Below, piece after piece: positions 51,250 through 62,838 of a stretch of DNA of 64,000 bases. Where the stretch lies: assembly GCF_030144855.1 (NCBI RefSeq), contig NC_082709.1:44082001-44146000 (forward strand), written 5' to 3'. Position 1 is the first letter of the stretch, and the number at the start of each line of letters is the position of its first letter. A program made the position numbers and the translations under genes. The DNA is from Hypanus sabinus (taxonomy: Eukaryota). A model generated the notes under the pieces. It did not search any database. It was not told where the DNA came from and saw only the letters and a list, made by a program, of their open reading frames with translations.

Positions 51250-52620
51250 AAAGTTCAAAATTTCAAAGCTAATTTATTATCAAAGTACATATACGTCAAG
51301 ATATACAACCCTGAGATTCATTTTCTTGCAGGCAAATTAAATAAATCCAATAACCATAATAGAATCATTGAAAGACTGCACCAACAGAGCAGAAAACCAA
51401 TGTGCAAAAGACAACAAGCTGTGCAAATACAAAAAGAAAAAAAAAGAAAGGAAAGAAAGAAGCAAAGAAAATAAACAAGCAAACAAACAAATAAATAAAT
51501 AATCAAGCAATAAGTATCATGAACATGAGATGAAGAGTTCTTGAAAGTGAGTCCATAAGTTGTGGAAACATTTCTGTAATGGGGCAAGAGAAATTGAGTG
51601 AAGTTATCCCCTCTGGTTCAAGAACCTTATGGATGAGGGGTAATAACTGTTCCTGAACCTGGTAGTGTGAGTCCTGAGGCTCCTGTACCTTCTTCTTGAT
51701 GGCTGCAGCGAGAAGAGAGACTGAATGGTGGGGGTTCCTGATAATGGATGCTGTTTTCCTGCAACAATGCTCCATGTAGATGTGCTTAATGGCGGGGAGG
51801 GCTTTACCTGTGATATACTGGGCTGTTTCCAGTATTTTTTGTAGGATTTTCCATTCAAGGGCATTAGTGTTTCTATACCAGGCTGCAATGCAGCCAGCCA
51901 ATATATGCTCCACCGCACATCAATAGAAGTTTGTCAAACTTTTAGATGTCATGCCGAATCTTCACAAACTCAAAAGGAATTAAAGGTACTGTTGTGTTTT
52001 CTTTGAAATTGCACTTATGTGCTGGGCCCAGGACAGGTCCTCTGAACTGATAACACCAAGGAACTTAAAGTTGCTGACCCTCTCAAATTCTGATTCCCTG
52101 ATGAGGACTGACCCAGGAACCTCTGGTTTCCACTTGAAGTCAATAATCAGCTCCTTGGTCTTTCTGACACTGATTAAAAGGTTGTTGTTGTGGCAGTGCT
52201 CAGCCAGATTTTCAATCTCCCTCCTATGCTGATTTGTCACCACCTTTGATATGGCCTACAGCAGTGATATTGTCAGCAAATTTAAATATGGCATTGGAGA
52301 AGTGGTTTGCCACATGATCATAACTGTAGAGGAATTAGAACAGGGGGCCAAGCACATAGCCTTGTGGTGCATCTGTGTTAATGGAGACTGTGGAGTAAAG
52401 ATTGATGCCAATCTGAATTGACTGGGACTCCAAGTGAGGAAATCCAAGATCTGATTTCAGAAGGAGGTATTGAGGTCAAGGTTTTGAAGCTTATTGATTA
52501 GTTGAGAGGATGATAGTATTGAACGCTGAGCTGTAGTCATGCATGCATCTTTGGTGTCCAGATGTTCCAGAGTTCAGTGAATAACTAACCTGTTGTGCCA
52601 GTAAGCAAATTGGAACTGGT
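51250..52620 (-). mobile_element. Rex1/Babar-like LINE, 3' part
   Basis: KTKELIIDF..PVLI..ERVSNFKFLGVISSEDLSW; LFSLQPSRRRYRSLRTHTTRFRNSYYPSSIRFLN. Confidence 0.85.
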
Positions 52621-54049
52621 GATGCCTTGCTTTCTCTCAGATTCTGTAGCTCTGAGGTGGCTTATGAGGCCAATCTAGGATCTGGAAACTCTGCTAAAGG
52701 TGGATACAATGTGCTGGGAATTGCTGGGTGAGTTGCTTGGGAGGTTCCATTTTGAGTAGTCACATGTCAGGAATTGCTGCGAGTAGTTGATGATTGACCT
52801 TTTTCCTAAGTTACAAGGAGAAGGCAGGAGAGTAGGGCTGAGGGAAATTAAGTCAGCTGTGATCAATGCCAAAACATATTTGATGGGCTGAATGGCCCAA
52901 TCCTGCTCCTATGCCTTAGGGTCTTATCAGATATTAATACCATCCATTAAGTACTCTGCTCTATTTTATGAATTTCTTGCCATGACAGGAACAGAGTGCC
53001 TGTTTTAAGAAGTTGCTTTCAGCAATGTGACCCATCTATAGGATCTGGATGAATTTTTAGTGCTTCCATTCTGGAAATGCTGGTCTTGGGAAGGGCACTG
53101 TTATTATTTACAATCTTCTGCCAATGGATTTGGAGCATTTTCTGGAGACAGCATTAGCACTACCACGCTAGTGTTTTAAGGTTCCTGCACTACACGTTGG
53201 AAGCATACAGATCAAGAGACACTCCTGCCCAGTAGACCATTAACTTAGTGTAAGGTACGAAGTTTTTATTGAACAGTCCTTCCTTCAGATGGCTAAATCC
53301 TATGCTGGAGCACAGAAGGAAGTTGTAAATTGATGTCTGCCTTCATGGCAGGTAGCTCCTGAGATATGAGAAATGGTCTACATTTTCAGAATCTCATCAT
53401 TAAACTTTATTGACAAGGCCTGATTTTATCTAATGAGGACTGATCAGTAGAGGACCTTTGTCCAATAGTGTCAAATGGAAAGCTTATTCACTTGTAAGTC
53501 CAGTGAAGCAGATTGTGATGACTTGCAAGCTTGGCTTCTAAGCTTGTACAATATGCAAGTATCATTTCTGCTTTGTCGTTCATTAGCTGAGGTTGGTATA
53601 CCGTGATTCTAGAATGGAGGTGATTTAGATCCAATTGTTTTGTAAAATAGCTCCACTCCAGTGGGGAACTTATGGATGTGAAATGCATTGTAACTATGAG
53701 GAAGTGAGTTGGACAAGGGCATAGCCTCGTCTGACCTCTGTCAACAGTAGAATTAAGTTCAAGTGGCTAGAATCATGATAATCATATCTCAAATGGAAAC
53801 TATGAATCCAATGGCCACTGCATGGTAAAAGAATATGCATGCAGGCATCTTCCACTTCAAAATGAACCTGGCATCCTAGGACATCAGAACCCACATGGTC
53901 AACATCCACTTGCATGTTGTCCTGCTTTCATTGCCTTGGAACTCAAATGCTACTTCGCTGATACTCACAGAACAAAACAGAGATTACACCTTCATTTGGT
54001 TTTGCAAACAGGAAGAGAAATGCTGTATTCCTAGAGTGGGATTTAGATA

Positions 54050-54380
54050 AACTAGAGACTACAGATGATGGAATTTGGAGTAACAAACAACATTCTGGAA
54101 GAATTCAGCAGGTCGAGAGGCATCTGACAGGAAAATGTCAGGTTGAAAGCCTGCGTCATGAGAGTGGAGAGGAGAGATGGCCAGTAGAAACAGTTGAGAC
54201 AGGAGCCTGAAGTGATTGGTAGACAGAGGAGGGGTGATGGGAAAGGGAACACAAAATGGCAAGGTTGGAGGTGGGGAATGGTGGGAAGGGGAAAAGACAG
54301 TGGAAGAGAGGATTCTAACATTAGAAAAATTGGTGTTTGTGTCATTGGATTGAACCCTGGAAGAATATGAAAATATTCTG
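54050..54380 (-). mobile_element. Penelope-like element 3' remnant
   Basis: The palindromic-repeat arm is joined through a purine-rich stretch to a decayed EYFIFFQGSIQ..TNTNFSN, resembling the Penelope GIY-YIG C-terminus (L.T..P.GMN motif). Confidence 0.5.
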
Positions 54381-54584
54381 AAAATAACAGAAAGCAAGCC
54401 TCTCACTCTTGGCTGCTGGAGGAAGGTATCTGTGTCTGATGGTCCCACTCTCCCACTCATTCACTGTCCTCGAGAAAAGTTTCTTGCATTCAAATGATCT
54501 CTTTCCTTTGATGCTGTCAGAGGATGATGCCAAAGTTCTGGGTCTACAGTTTGTGGACTGGACTGTAGTTCAAATTGGACTCAC

Positions 54585-54810
54585 ATGTGGGGGGGGGGGG
54601 GTTGATGTTGTTGTTGTTGTTTGCATGACTTGTTTTTGTGTGTGGGGGGGCTGATGTTCTTGTTGTTGTTTGCCAATTTGTTTTTTTGTGGGGGGGGATT
54701 GATGTTCTTGCTGTTTGTGCAATTTTTTTGGGGGGGGATTGATGTTCTTGTTGTCATTTGCACAATTTGTTTTTTACTGTGTGTGTGGGGGCAGGTTTGA
54801 TGTTTTCCTT
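54585..54810 (+). repeat. Minisatellite, about 5 units of 40-50 bp
   Basis: (TG)nG(6-14)..TGATGTTCTTGTTG..TTTG..AATTTGTTTTT units, followed by the Rex1-like 3' tail to about 54920. Confidence 0.8.
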
Positions 54811-55605
54811 TGACCAGCTTCCATTGTTTTCTGGGTTTCATGGCTGTCTGTGAAAAAGACAAATCTCAGGGTTGTATACTGTGTACATACATTGATAATA
54901 AATGTATTTTGAACTTTGAATATTGTTATTTTGCTCCTAAACCACAAAAGACTCTGTGCAAGTCAAATTTATGGTTAAAAATTGTTGTGAGGGGTGGCTA
55001 GGATATATAGATCAGTTCATCTAATTTAACATTAGACTTGATGAAAAAACATTTATTTTTCGGTTTTGTTCATAATAAACTTTAGTTGAAGCAATTAAAT
55101 TGCAAATAATAGTGCATTATTAATGTAATAAATGTTTAACGAAATAAGCAATGTTTCAAAACATGGATTGATTCACTTTTCTAATATTGAGAAGAAACAT
55201 ATAAGGAAATAAACAACTATATTTTAAACACAACAAAGGTATTTTTCTAAAATTGAAGTTCCTAAAAAGGTGTTGTTGATTTTATGTTAAATGATATGCC
55301 CTGGTCACAACTGAATAGTTTCATCTGGTGTATATCCAGTAGATATCTTCCAGGTAATACTGCAAACATCAAGGGTGAAACTTTAAAATCAGCCAGTGCA
55401 AACCAAAAGAAAAGGACTCCTTATTCACAAGGAAAACTGATCAATTATGCATATGCAGTTTATATACCCAGGTGCTCCTCCAGAACCTGATTCACTAACA
55501 CAGTACTCATTTGTTTAACTCTATTCATGACTTCAATGAACTCATTCTTGATTCTGTGAGCAACTCAACAGGCCTCTCTGAAAGGCAAGCGTTATGTGAG
55601 AGTAC

Positions 55606-55714
55606 CTTGTCCAAAAGCCCTTTCAAAACATCACTGGAAAGCTTTTGATTGCTGACAGGCCATTCTTCAACAACTAACTTGCTGTGCTTTTGTTCTCCTT
55701 GTGACTTCTTTACA
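55606..55714 (-). CDS. RFTN2: Raftlin-2 exon 3 (109 bp)
   Basis: acag|(G)VKKSQGEQKHSKLVVEEWPVSNQKLSSDVLKGLLDK|gtactc. Confidence 0.88.
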
Positions 55715-56257
55715 CTGTATTGAAGAAAAATACACAGAAACTACATTAGAGCATGGCCTTTTTATTAAGCATAAGCAATTTTTCCAGGACATACGTACAC
55801 ATGAACAACTAAACACTATCATTTATGTTCACTTTTGAATTGATTTTATCAAAAATATTCTGATAATCTGAGTTACATTCACTTTGAGAAAGGTCATTTT
55901 GCGACAAGATTAATGGAATCACTCTTTTTTCAAAGTTTTGCATCAGATCAGTTTGTCTTTCCTGAAGTAGCTAAACATCAAAGTAGTATTTCTATCCATA
56001 ATTTCCTCGTGTTTAGTATTTCTTTAGTTTAGCAGATGTCACCAAATGTAAACTGACACGTTGCAATGTTTATCCTAACTATTAAAATATGAAGTGGAAA
56101 TTAAGGGCAGGGCAAAGTTCAAAGTAAATTTATTATCAGAGTAAATATATGACACCATATACAACCCTGAGATTCATTTTCTTGTGGGCATACTCAATAA
56201 ATCTATAAAATAATAACCATAACAGAACCAATGAAAGACCACCCAATTAGGGCATTC

Positions 56258-56567
56258 TGTGATGAGAATCCTTGATAAGGATGGCTTGGACCCAAATGCC
56301 GGAGTACCTGAAGTAAGGATCAAGACATGATATCAAACTGGATCGAGAATTGAGCACAAAACAAACGCTAGACAATATCACTAGTAAGGTTTACAATTGA
56401 GCATCAATCCTCAGTTCAGGTGCTCTTTAAATACTCAATTCTTGGTGCCAAAACATGACTGCCAGTAGGATGGTTCTGAATCCTTAATGGGTCATGCTTG
56501 TTATCTATACTCTGGAGAATCAAAGCATTAACCTGGAAGCTAGTGCGGTTGGCTGCGGGTCCTAATA
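56258..56567 (-). repeat. Chromovirus 3' LTR
   Basis: About 80% identical to 60743-61047 over the first 120 nt (22 mismatches, manual count). Confidence 0.9.
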
Positions 56568-57368
56568 GGACCCCTCTATGGCCAACTCCTAACAGCCTGG
56601 CTGCTCGGAGAGATGATGATTGTAGTCATGGATGAGAGCCTGATCCAAGATGTCCCTTTCAGGAACCCAGCACAGTTCCTCACGTTTGAATCTTTTGCCG
56701 TCCACAAGGAACTGCCGAACACCCTGAACAATTTGTGAATTCAAAATTCTTCTCACAGTGAAGACTTGTTCCCCATCTACAAACCTGCATGGTGGTGGTA
56801 CCAAAGGGTTGATGTTTACAGGTTTTATACTAGAAGTGTGGAAAGTAGGATTGATCTTGAGGGTCTTGGGGAGCTGCAAAGTGTAGGTCACCAGGTTTAC
56901 TTCATTGAGAATCTTAAAGGGTCCAATGAACTTGGGCGCCAATTTCCTGGACTCCACTTGGAGAGGCAAATACTGAGTTGACAGCCAGACCTGTTGCTTA
57001 CGCTGCAAAACAGGTTCCTGTCTTCTATCGCAGTTAGCCTTTATTTCAACCTTTTGGGTAGAAACTACAAAATTTTCCTTTCCCTAGTCCATCTCTCCTT
57101 GCAGCATTGGACGAGATCTTTAGCTACAGGAATCCCAACCTTGGCCTCCTGCTCAGGGAAGAGTGGTGAAGAATGCCCAAATTGGGATTTGAAAGGGGAC
57201 ATCCTGTGTGCCGAATGCCATAAAGTGTTGTGGGCAACCTCTGCCCACATCAAATGGTTGCTCCACTCGTCCAGTCTTTCAGAGGCCAGGCATGTTAGGT
57301 ATGTTCCATATCCTGGTTCAGCCACTCTGTCTGGCTGCGGGTGAAACCCAGAGGAAAGACTCACTGTT

Positions 57369-57579
57369 TGCCCATCACGAGGAAATCCGCAGATGCTGGA
57401 AATTCAAACAGCGCACACAAAATGCTGGTGGAACACAGCAGGCCAGGCGGCATCTATAAGGAGAAGCATTGTCAACATTTTGGGCCAAGACCTGATGAAG
57501 GGTCTCGGCCTGAAACACCAACAGTGCTTCTCCCTATAGATGCTGCCTGGCCTGCTGTGTTCCACCAGCATTTTGTGTG
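57369..57579. repeat. Palindromic Penelope-derived element inserted in the integrase
   Basis: Inverted arms of about 80 bp (57414-57579), flanked by duplicated TCACTGTT (57361-57368, 57580-57587). Hammerhead core CTGATGA..GAAAC at 57492-57516. Confidence 0.85.
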
Positions 57580-60500
57580 TCACTGTTGACCCAAGCAGTA
57601 TGCAAAACGTCTTCCAGAAACGTGATGTGAATCGTGGACTGCAATCCAATACAACGTCCACCAGAAAACCATAGATCCTGAAGACTAGTGCAGGACAATT
57701 TCAGCCATTTTTGCCACACATGGCAGTCTGTCCAAAGAGATAAATTTGCAGGCCTTTGTAAAGCAATCAACAACTACCATGATAATGGTCTTCATCTTGG
57801 AAGGAAGAGGGTCTGTGACAGCCCATGGAGATGTGAGCCTGAGTTCTGTCCAGAACAGGTAGGGTGTGGAGAAGCCCTTCGGGCCGCATACGTGGCTCCT
57901 TGTTGCAGGTGCACACCTTGCATGCCTGCATGTATTGCCAAACTTCCTTCATCATTCCAGGTGTCCAATATCTCTCCTTGATAAACGCAAGGGCCCTGGC
58001 AATCCCTGGGTGAGCAGTCATTCTCAATGAATGTCCCCATTGGAGTACCTTGGACTGGACAGAACTTGGGCCCAACAAAGGACTGCTCCCTTTCAGCTTG
58101 GGCCCTGCAAACAAGAGTCAATCCCATCTTGGCTTGGGACAAATGCTGGTAGGCAACTCTTCTTATTTTGGTTTGTCAATCTGTCTGGACAAGGCATCTG
58201 ACTTCTGGTTCTTTGACTCTGTTTGATAGGTCAGGATGAAATTAAAGGAGTTAAAGAACAAAGACCACCTGGTCTGCCTGGAATTCAGCCTCTTGGCCTC
58301 CTGAATATAAGCCAGGTTCTTATAGTTTGTCCAGATGATAAAAGGGTTCTTGGTCTCCTCTAATCAATTATGCTGTTTCTCCAAAGTTAACTTAACCGCA
58401 AGAAGCTCCCGATTCTCAGTGTCATAAATCACCTCTGCCAGAGATAGCCACTTGGAAAAGAACCCACATGGGTGCAGTTCAGACCCCTCCCCCTTGGAGA
58501 ATCTCAGAGGCAGTGTTCAGGAGTGGAAGAGGGTAACGATTCTTGACTATTATGTGATTCAGTTTTCTATAATCAATGCACAGCCCCAGGCTCCCATCCT
58601 TCTTCTGTATGAAGAAGAGGTCAGCACCAACTAGAGAGGTGAAGGGCTAAATGAATCCCAAGGCAAGAGCCTCCTTTATATACTCCTCCACAGTGCCTCT
58701 CTCTGGGTCTGGAAGCACATATAATTGACACCGCGGAGGACAAGCACAAAGGAGAAGATTCCTAGCACAGTCGTAGGGTCCGTCCGGTGGAACAGCTGAA
58801 ACCTTTCTTTTACTGAAGACCTCTTCCAAATCCTTGTAGATGGAAGGGATTTCTACAGCTTGGGGGCTGCAATTACCTCCAAACCTTTCTCCAAGAACGA
58901 CTCCTGAGACTTTGTAGGTAGCAGGGGTAATTTGGCGGACTCCAGAGTCTCCTTCATAGGCCTACAGAAGTCTTTACTAAAAACAGAGGCCAAATCACAA
59001 TCCAATCTTTCTCCATCTCCTCAGACATTGGCAGCCAGGTACGACAAATGATCCCTGTGCTCCTGTGACTAGGCTCCAAGGATCTCCATTTTGGAGCCTT
59101 CCCCTTAGACAGGACCTGCAACTGGTGCTAGAGTTCTATACTGTCTGGGCACTTCCTTGCTTTGCTCTTGGACTAGAGACTTAGTTCCTGCACACCCCTG
59201 ACTAAACAGGGTTGGGACTTGCATAGGCCTATTGGCTGCAGCTGGTTTGTCTTCCCTTGAAGGTAGGACTGGGTATTCCTGAAGGCTCCAGGTTACCCTG
59301 AACAGAAGGCTGTCCCTCATCACCTGCTCATCTCAGGAGAGTCTGGGAGTCCGAACACTAAGCCGAAAACATACCCTCTTGCAGCGACTGGACCATTCAA
59401 TGATCCTCCCTTTCTACCAGTTCACAGAAGAGTTATGCTGGGACAGCAAAGGGTGTCCGAGGATCAAGTGTATGTGAGGAGACTCAAGGAGATAGAAACT
59501 AATGTCCTCCATATGATCCTCTATCCTCATCTGTTAGACCAATGTCTGCTGTCGGATCTACCAGGAATGAAGTGGACAGCCATCTGAGACAGTTGAGGGC
59601 AAAGGGCTGCTCAGCTCTTGCAGTGGTGTTCTAAACCAACAGGCATTCCCCAAGGCCAGAAAATTTCTCTCTGCTCCAGAGTCCAAAAAAGCATTTACCT
59701 CTTGATGGTTCGTACCCCAGGAGATCTCCACCCTCACTGTGGCACCAGAATCTTTGAGGTTGGAGGTAGTGACTGTTACTGGTACAGTCCTCCCAACACA
59801 GGATGGTCTGAACAGTTCTCCTGACAGCTGTGGTTTTGGACATTCAGCCCACTGTAATGGCAGCAACCTTAATTCCTAAGCCTGAACCTCTCATCAGTAG
59901 AGATTATTATGCAGCCAACTTACATGGGCTTCACAGGATTCTGAGCAGAAGATAGGAAGGTCATGGTCTGAGATTAAGAGATGGAATTATGATAAATTGA
60001 GGCTGGGCTTGGGCCAGCCCTCCTTGACCTCTTGATATTGTCCCACTTATGTCCTGCCAGACAATTAACAATGTGAATGGGTTGGTCATATAGAACCTCT
60101 AAGTCTTTGGCTGGTTCTCACAAGGCGAGGGCATCCTTCAGTTCATCTCCATGGAGATATAGTCCACAGTGGTATAGAGTTGCCAAGGCCTCCCTGTTTC
60201 AGCCACTCTCGTGGGCCAAGGTCTGAAATTCAATCACATAGTCAACTGCTGACCGTCTGCCCTGTCAAATCTTCATCAGGCGGTCCAAGGATTGGCTGGC
60301 TCTAACGAGGTGATGAAGCACCTTCCTGATGGTGGCTACGAATTCCTTCTGAATCCAAGCAAATCACAGACCTGCATTCCGAATGTGCAGTGACCCAGGC
60401 CAGGACTCTTCCAATCAGAAGAGGGACAATGAGGCCATCTTTCTGCAGTCTGAAGGGAACCAAGGTGGCTGGAGTTCAAACACTAATGAGCAAAGGATGA

Positions 60501-60742
60501 GGAAGCTGCAGCAAGAACCTGGGTCACCATTGAATCTCTCCTGGGTTGGAAGAAGGATAGGCTCTGCAGAGTGACCGACAGCCTCACCCAAGCCACTTTG
60601 GCTTCCTTCCTGCAATAGTTGGCGCACGGCGACCTGGAGGTCGTGTATCTCTAGGCTTTGTCTTGAAATTTGTTCCCTATGGTTGACCACAGCTGACAAA
60701 AGGCTCTGATACCCCACTGGGTCCATGTTGGCCCAGTTGTAC

Positions 60743-61047
60743 TGTGATGAGAGTCCTTAATGAGGATGACTTGGACCCAAATACTGGATTATCCAAAGCA
60801 AGGATTCAGATACACTATCAAACAGGATCGAGAACTAAGCACAAAACAAACGCTAGGCAAAATCACTGACAGGGCTTACGACTGAGCACCAAACCTCAGT
60901 TCAGGTGCTCTTTAAATACTCAATTCTTGCCAGCCAAAACATGGGACACTCCTGAATCTTTAAACGAGCCTTGCCAGCTATCCATACTCTGGAGGTTTAC
61001 AGCATTTAAACACCAGAAGCTGGTGCAGTTGGATGCGTGTCGTAACA
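60743..61047 (-). repeat. Chromovirus 5' LTR
   Basis: TG...CA ends; TATTTAAA on the minus strand at 60918-60911; gag ATG at 60726. Confidence 0.9.
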
Positions 61048-62654
61048 CATTCACTAGCATACAGAAGACACCAAACTGTGCAAATAGAAAAAGAAGAAAT
61101 AATAATAATAAATAAATAAGCAAAATATCAAGAACATGAGATGACAGGTCTTTGAAATTGAGTCTATTGGTTGTGGAAACATTTCTGTGATAGGGTAAGT
61201 GAATTAGAGTGGTTATCCACTTTGATTCAATAACCTGTTGGTTGAGGGGGAGTAACTTTTACTGAACCTGGTGTTGTGAGTGCTGAGATTCCTATACCTT
61301 CTTCTTGATGGCAGCAGAGAGAAGAGAGCATGGCCTAGGTGTTGTGGGATCCCTGAGGATGGATACCGCATTCCTTCAACAGTGTTTCATTTAGACGTGC
61401 TCTAGGGTTAGAGGGCTTTACCCAAAATGGAGAGGCTACATACACCACTTTTCGCAGGATTTTTCTGTTCAAGGCTATCATTGCCCCCTTATCAGACTGA
61501 AGCAGCCAGTTAATATACTCTCGCACCACACATCCACAGAAACCCATCAAAGTTTCAGATGTCACACCGAACCTCCACAAACTTACAAGGAAGTAAAGGT
61601 GCTGCTGCAATTGCACTCATGTATTGGGCCCAGGACAGACCCCCTGAAATGATAACACTGAGGATTTTCAAGTTGCTAACCCTTTCCACCTCTGAGCTTC
61701 TGATGAGGACTGGCTCCTGGACCTCTGGTTTCCCTCTCCTGAAGTCAATAATCATCTCCTTGGTCTTGCTGACATTATGAGTTTGTTGTTATGGCATCAC
61801 TCAGCCAGATTTTTAATCTCTCCAATATGCTAATTTGTCACTACCTTTGATTCGACCTGTAACAGTGGTGTCGTCAGCAAACTTCAATATGGTGTTGGAG
61901 TTGCGCTTAGCCACACAGTCATAAAAGTAAAGCAAGTAGAGCAGGGAGCCAAGCACACAGCCTTGTGGTGCACCTGTGCCGATGGAGATTATGGAGGAGA
62001 TGTTGTTGCCAATTCAAACTGACTGGTGTCTGCAAATGAGGAAGTCCAGGATCTAATTGCACAATGAGGTACTGGAGCCAAGGTCTTGGAGCGTATTGGT
62101 TAGGTTTGAGTGGATGAATTGAATGCTGAATGCTGATAAAGAGCAGCAGTAGTTGATAAAGAGCATCCTGATACTTGTACCTTTGCTGTCTTGATGTTCC
62201 AGGGTTGAGTGAAGAGCCAATGAAAGGACATCTGCTGTGGACCTGTTGCTCTAATTGCAACAATAAAACTAAGAACCAAACATACAAATTAGGAGCAGGA
62301 GTAGGTCTCTCATCTGCTTAGGTGTGCTCCATCATTTCTTTAGATTTTGGGTTGATCTTTGGTTGAATTGAAATGCAAACAGCTTCAAATAAATGATAAT
62401 TATTATCACATTCAAAGGCAATTTGCCCAGTGGTGCAGATTTTCATTGATTCTATCATGATTATTATTCTGTTATGGATTTGAGATTGTCCGTAAGAAAA
62501 TGAATTTCAGGATTGTATATGGTGACATATATGAACTTTGAATTGTCACATTAGAATTCCAAACATCAACTTAATTCATTGATCTTTTTGAATGAGAACT
62601 TTTGAATTCCTGAACTGATGTTTAAATATAAAAAAGTCCATTTATCTAACTTAC

Positions 62655-62838
62655 CCTGATTTTATTTTAGCTAATATAACTCTATAGATGTAACTTAGTG
62701 GAGAACGTTTCCTTCGTCCCACAGAAACAATTGTAGGGTGGACGGTGGCAACAACATATCCCTTCCTATAGTATCCTTCCAGCTTAGAATTAAGATCCAA
62801 GAGAGAGGAGATCCGGATAACATCTGGATTTGATGAAC
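62655..62838 (-). CDS. RFTN2: Raftlin-2 exon 2 (184 bp)
   Basis: atag|SSNPDVIRISSLLDLNSKLEGYYRKGYVVATVHPTIVSVGRRKRSPLSYIYRVILAKIKS|gtaagt. Exon 1 is not in the window. Confidence 0.94.

Larger units (their letters stand above)
56258..61047 (-). mobile_element. Sushi-like chromoviral Gypsy retrotransposon, old and internally deleted
   Basis: LTRs at 56258-56567 and 60743-61047, 5-bp TSD CATTC. gag MDPV..PERFNGDP-like, protease FLDSGAE, RT N-terminus, RNase H, integrase HPG..C..C, GFHPQ, KLAPKFIGPF, and a C-terminal chromodomain (VRRIL..FLVD....CWVPERDI). Confidence 0.93.
56110..62260 (-). mobile_element. Rex1/Babar-like LINE split by the chromovirus (56110-56257 and 61053-62260)
   Basis: MIIDFRRGKPEVQEPVLIRSSEVERVSN; GAPQGCV and KFADDT at about 61870-61980. 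The 3'UTR is continuous across the LTR element. Confidence 0.85.

Noticed and set aside
54585-54810. CRISPR-like array
   Set aside because: Eukaryotic context, degenerate units, no unique spacers and no cas genes.
56258-61047. Domesticated sushi-derived gene (PEG10/RTL-like)
   Set aside because: LTRs and TSD are retained and the ORFs are full of stops, frameshifts and a large deletion.
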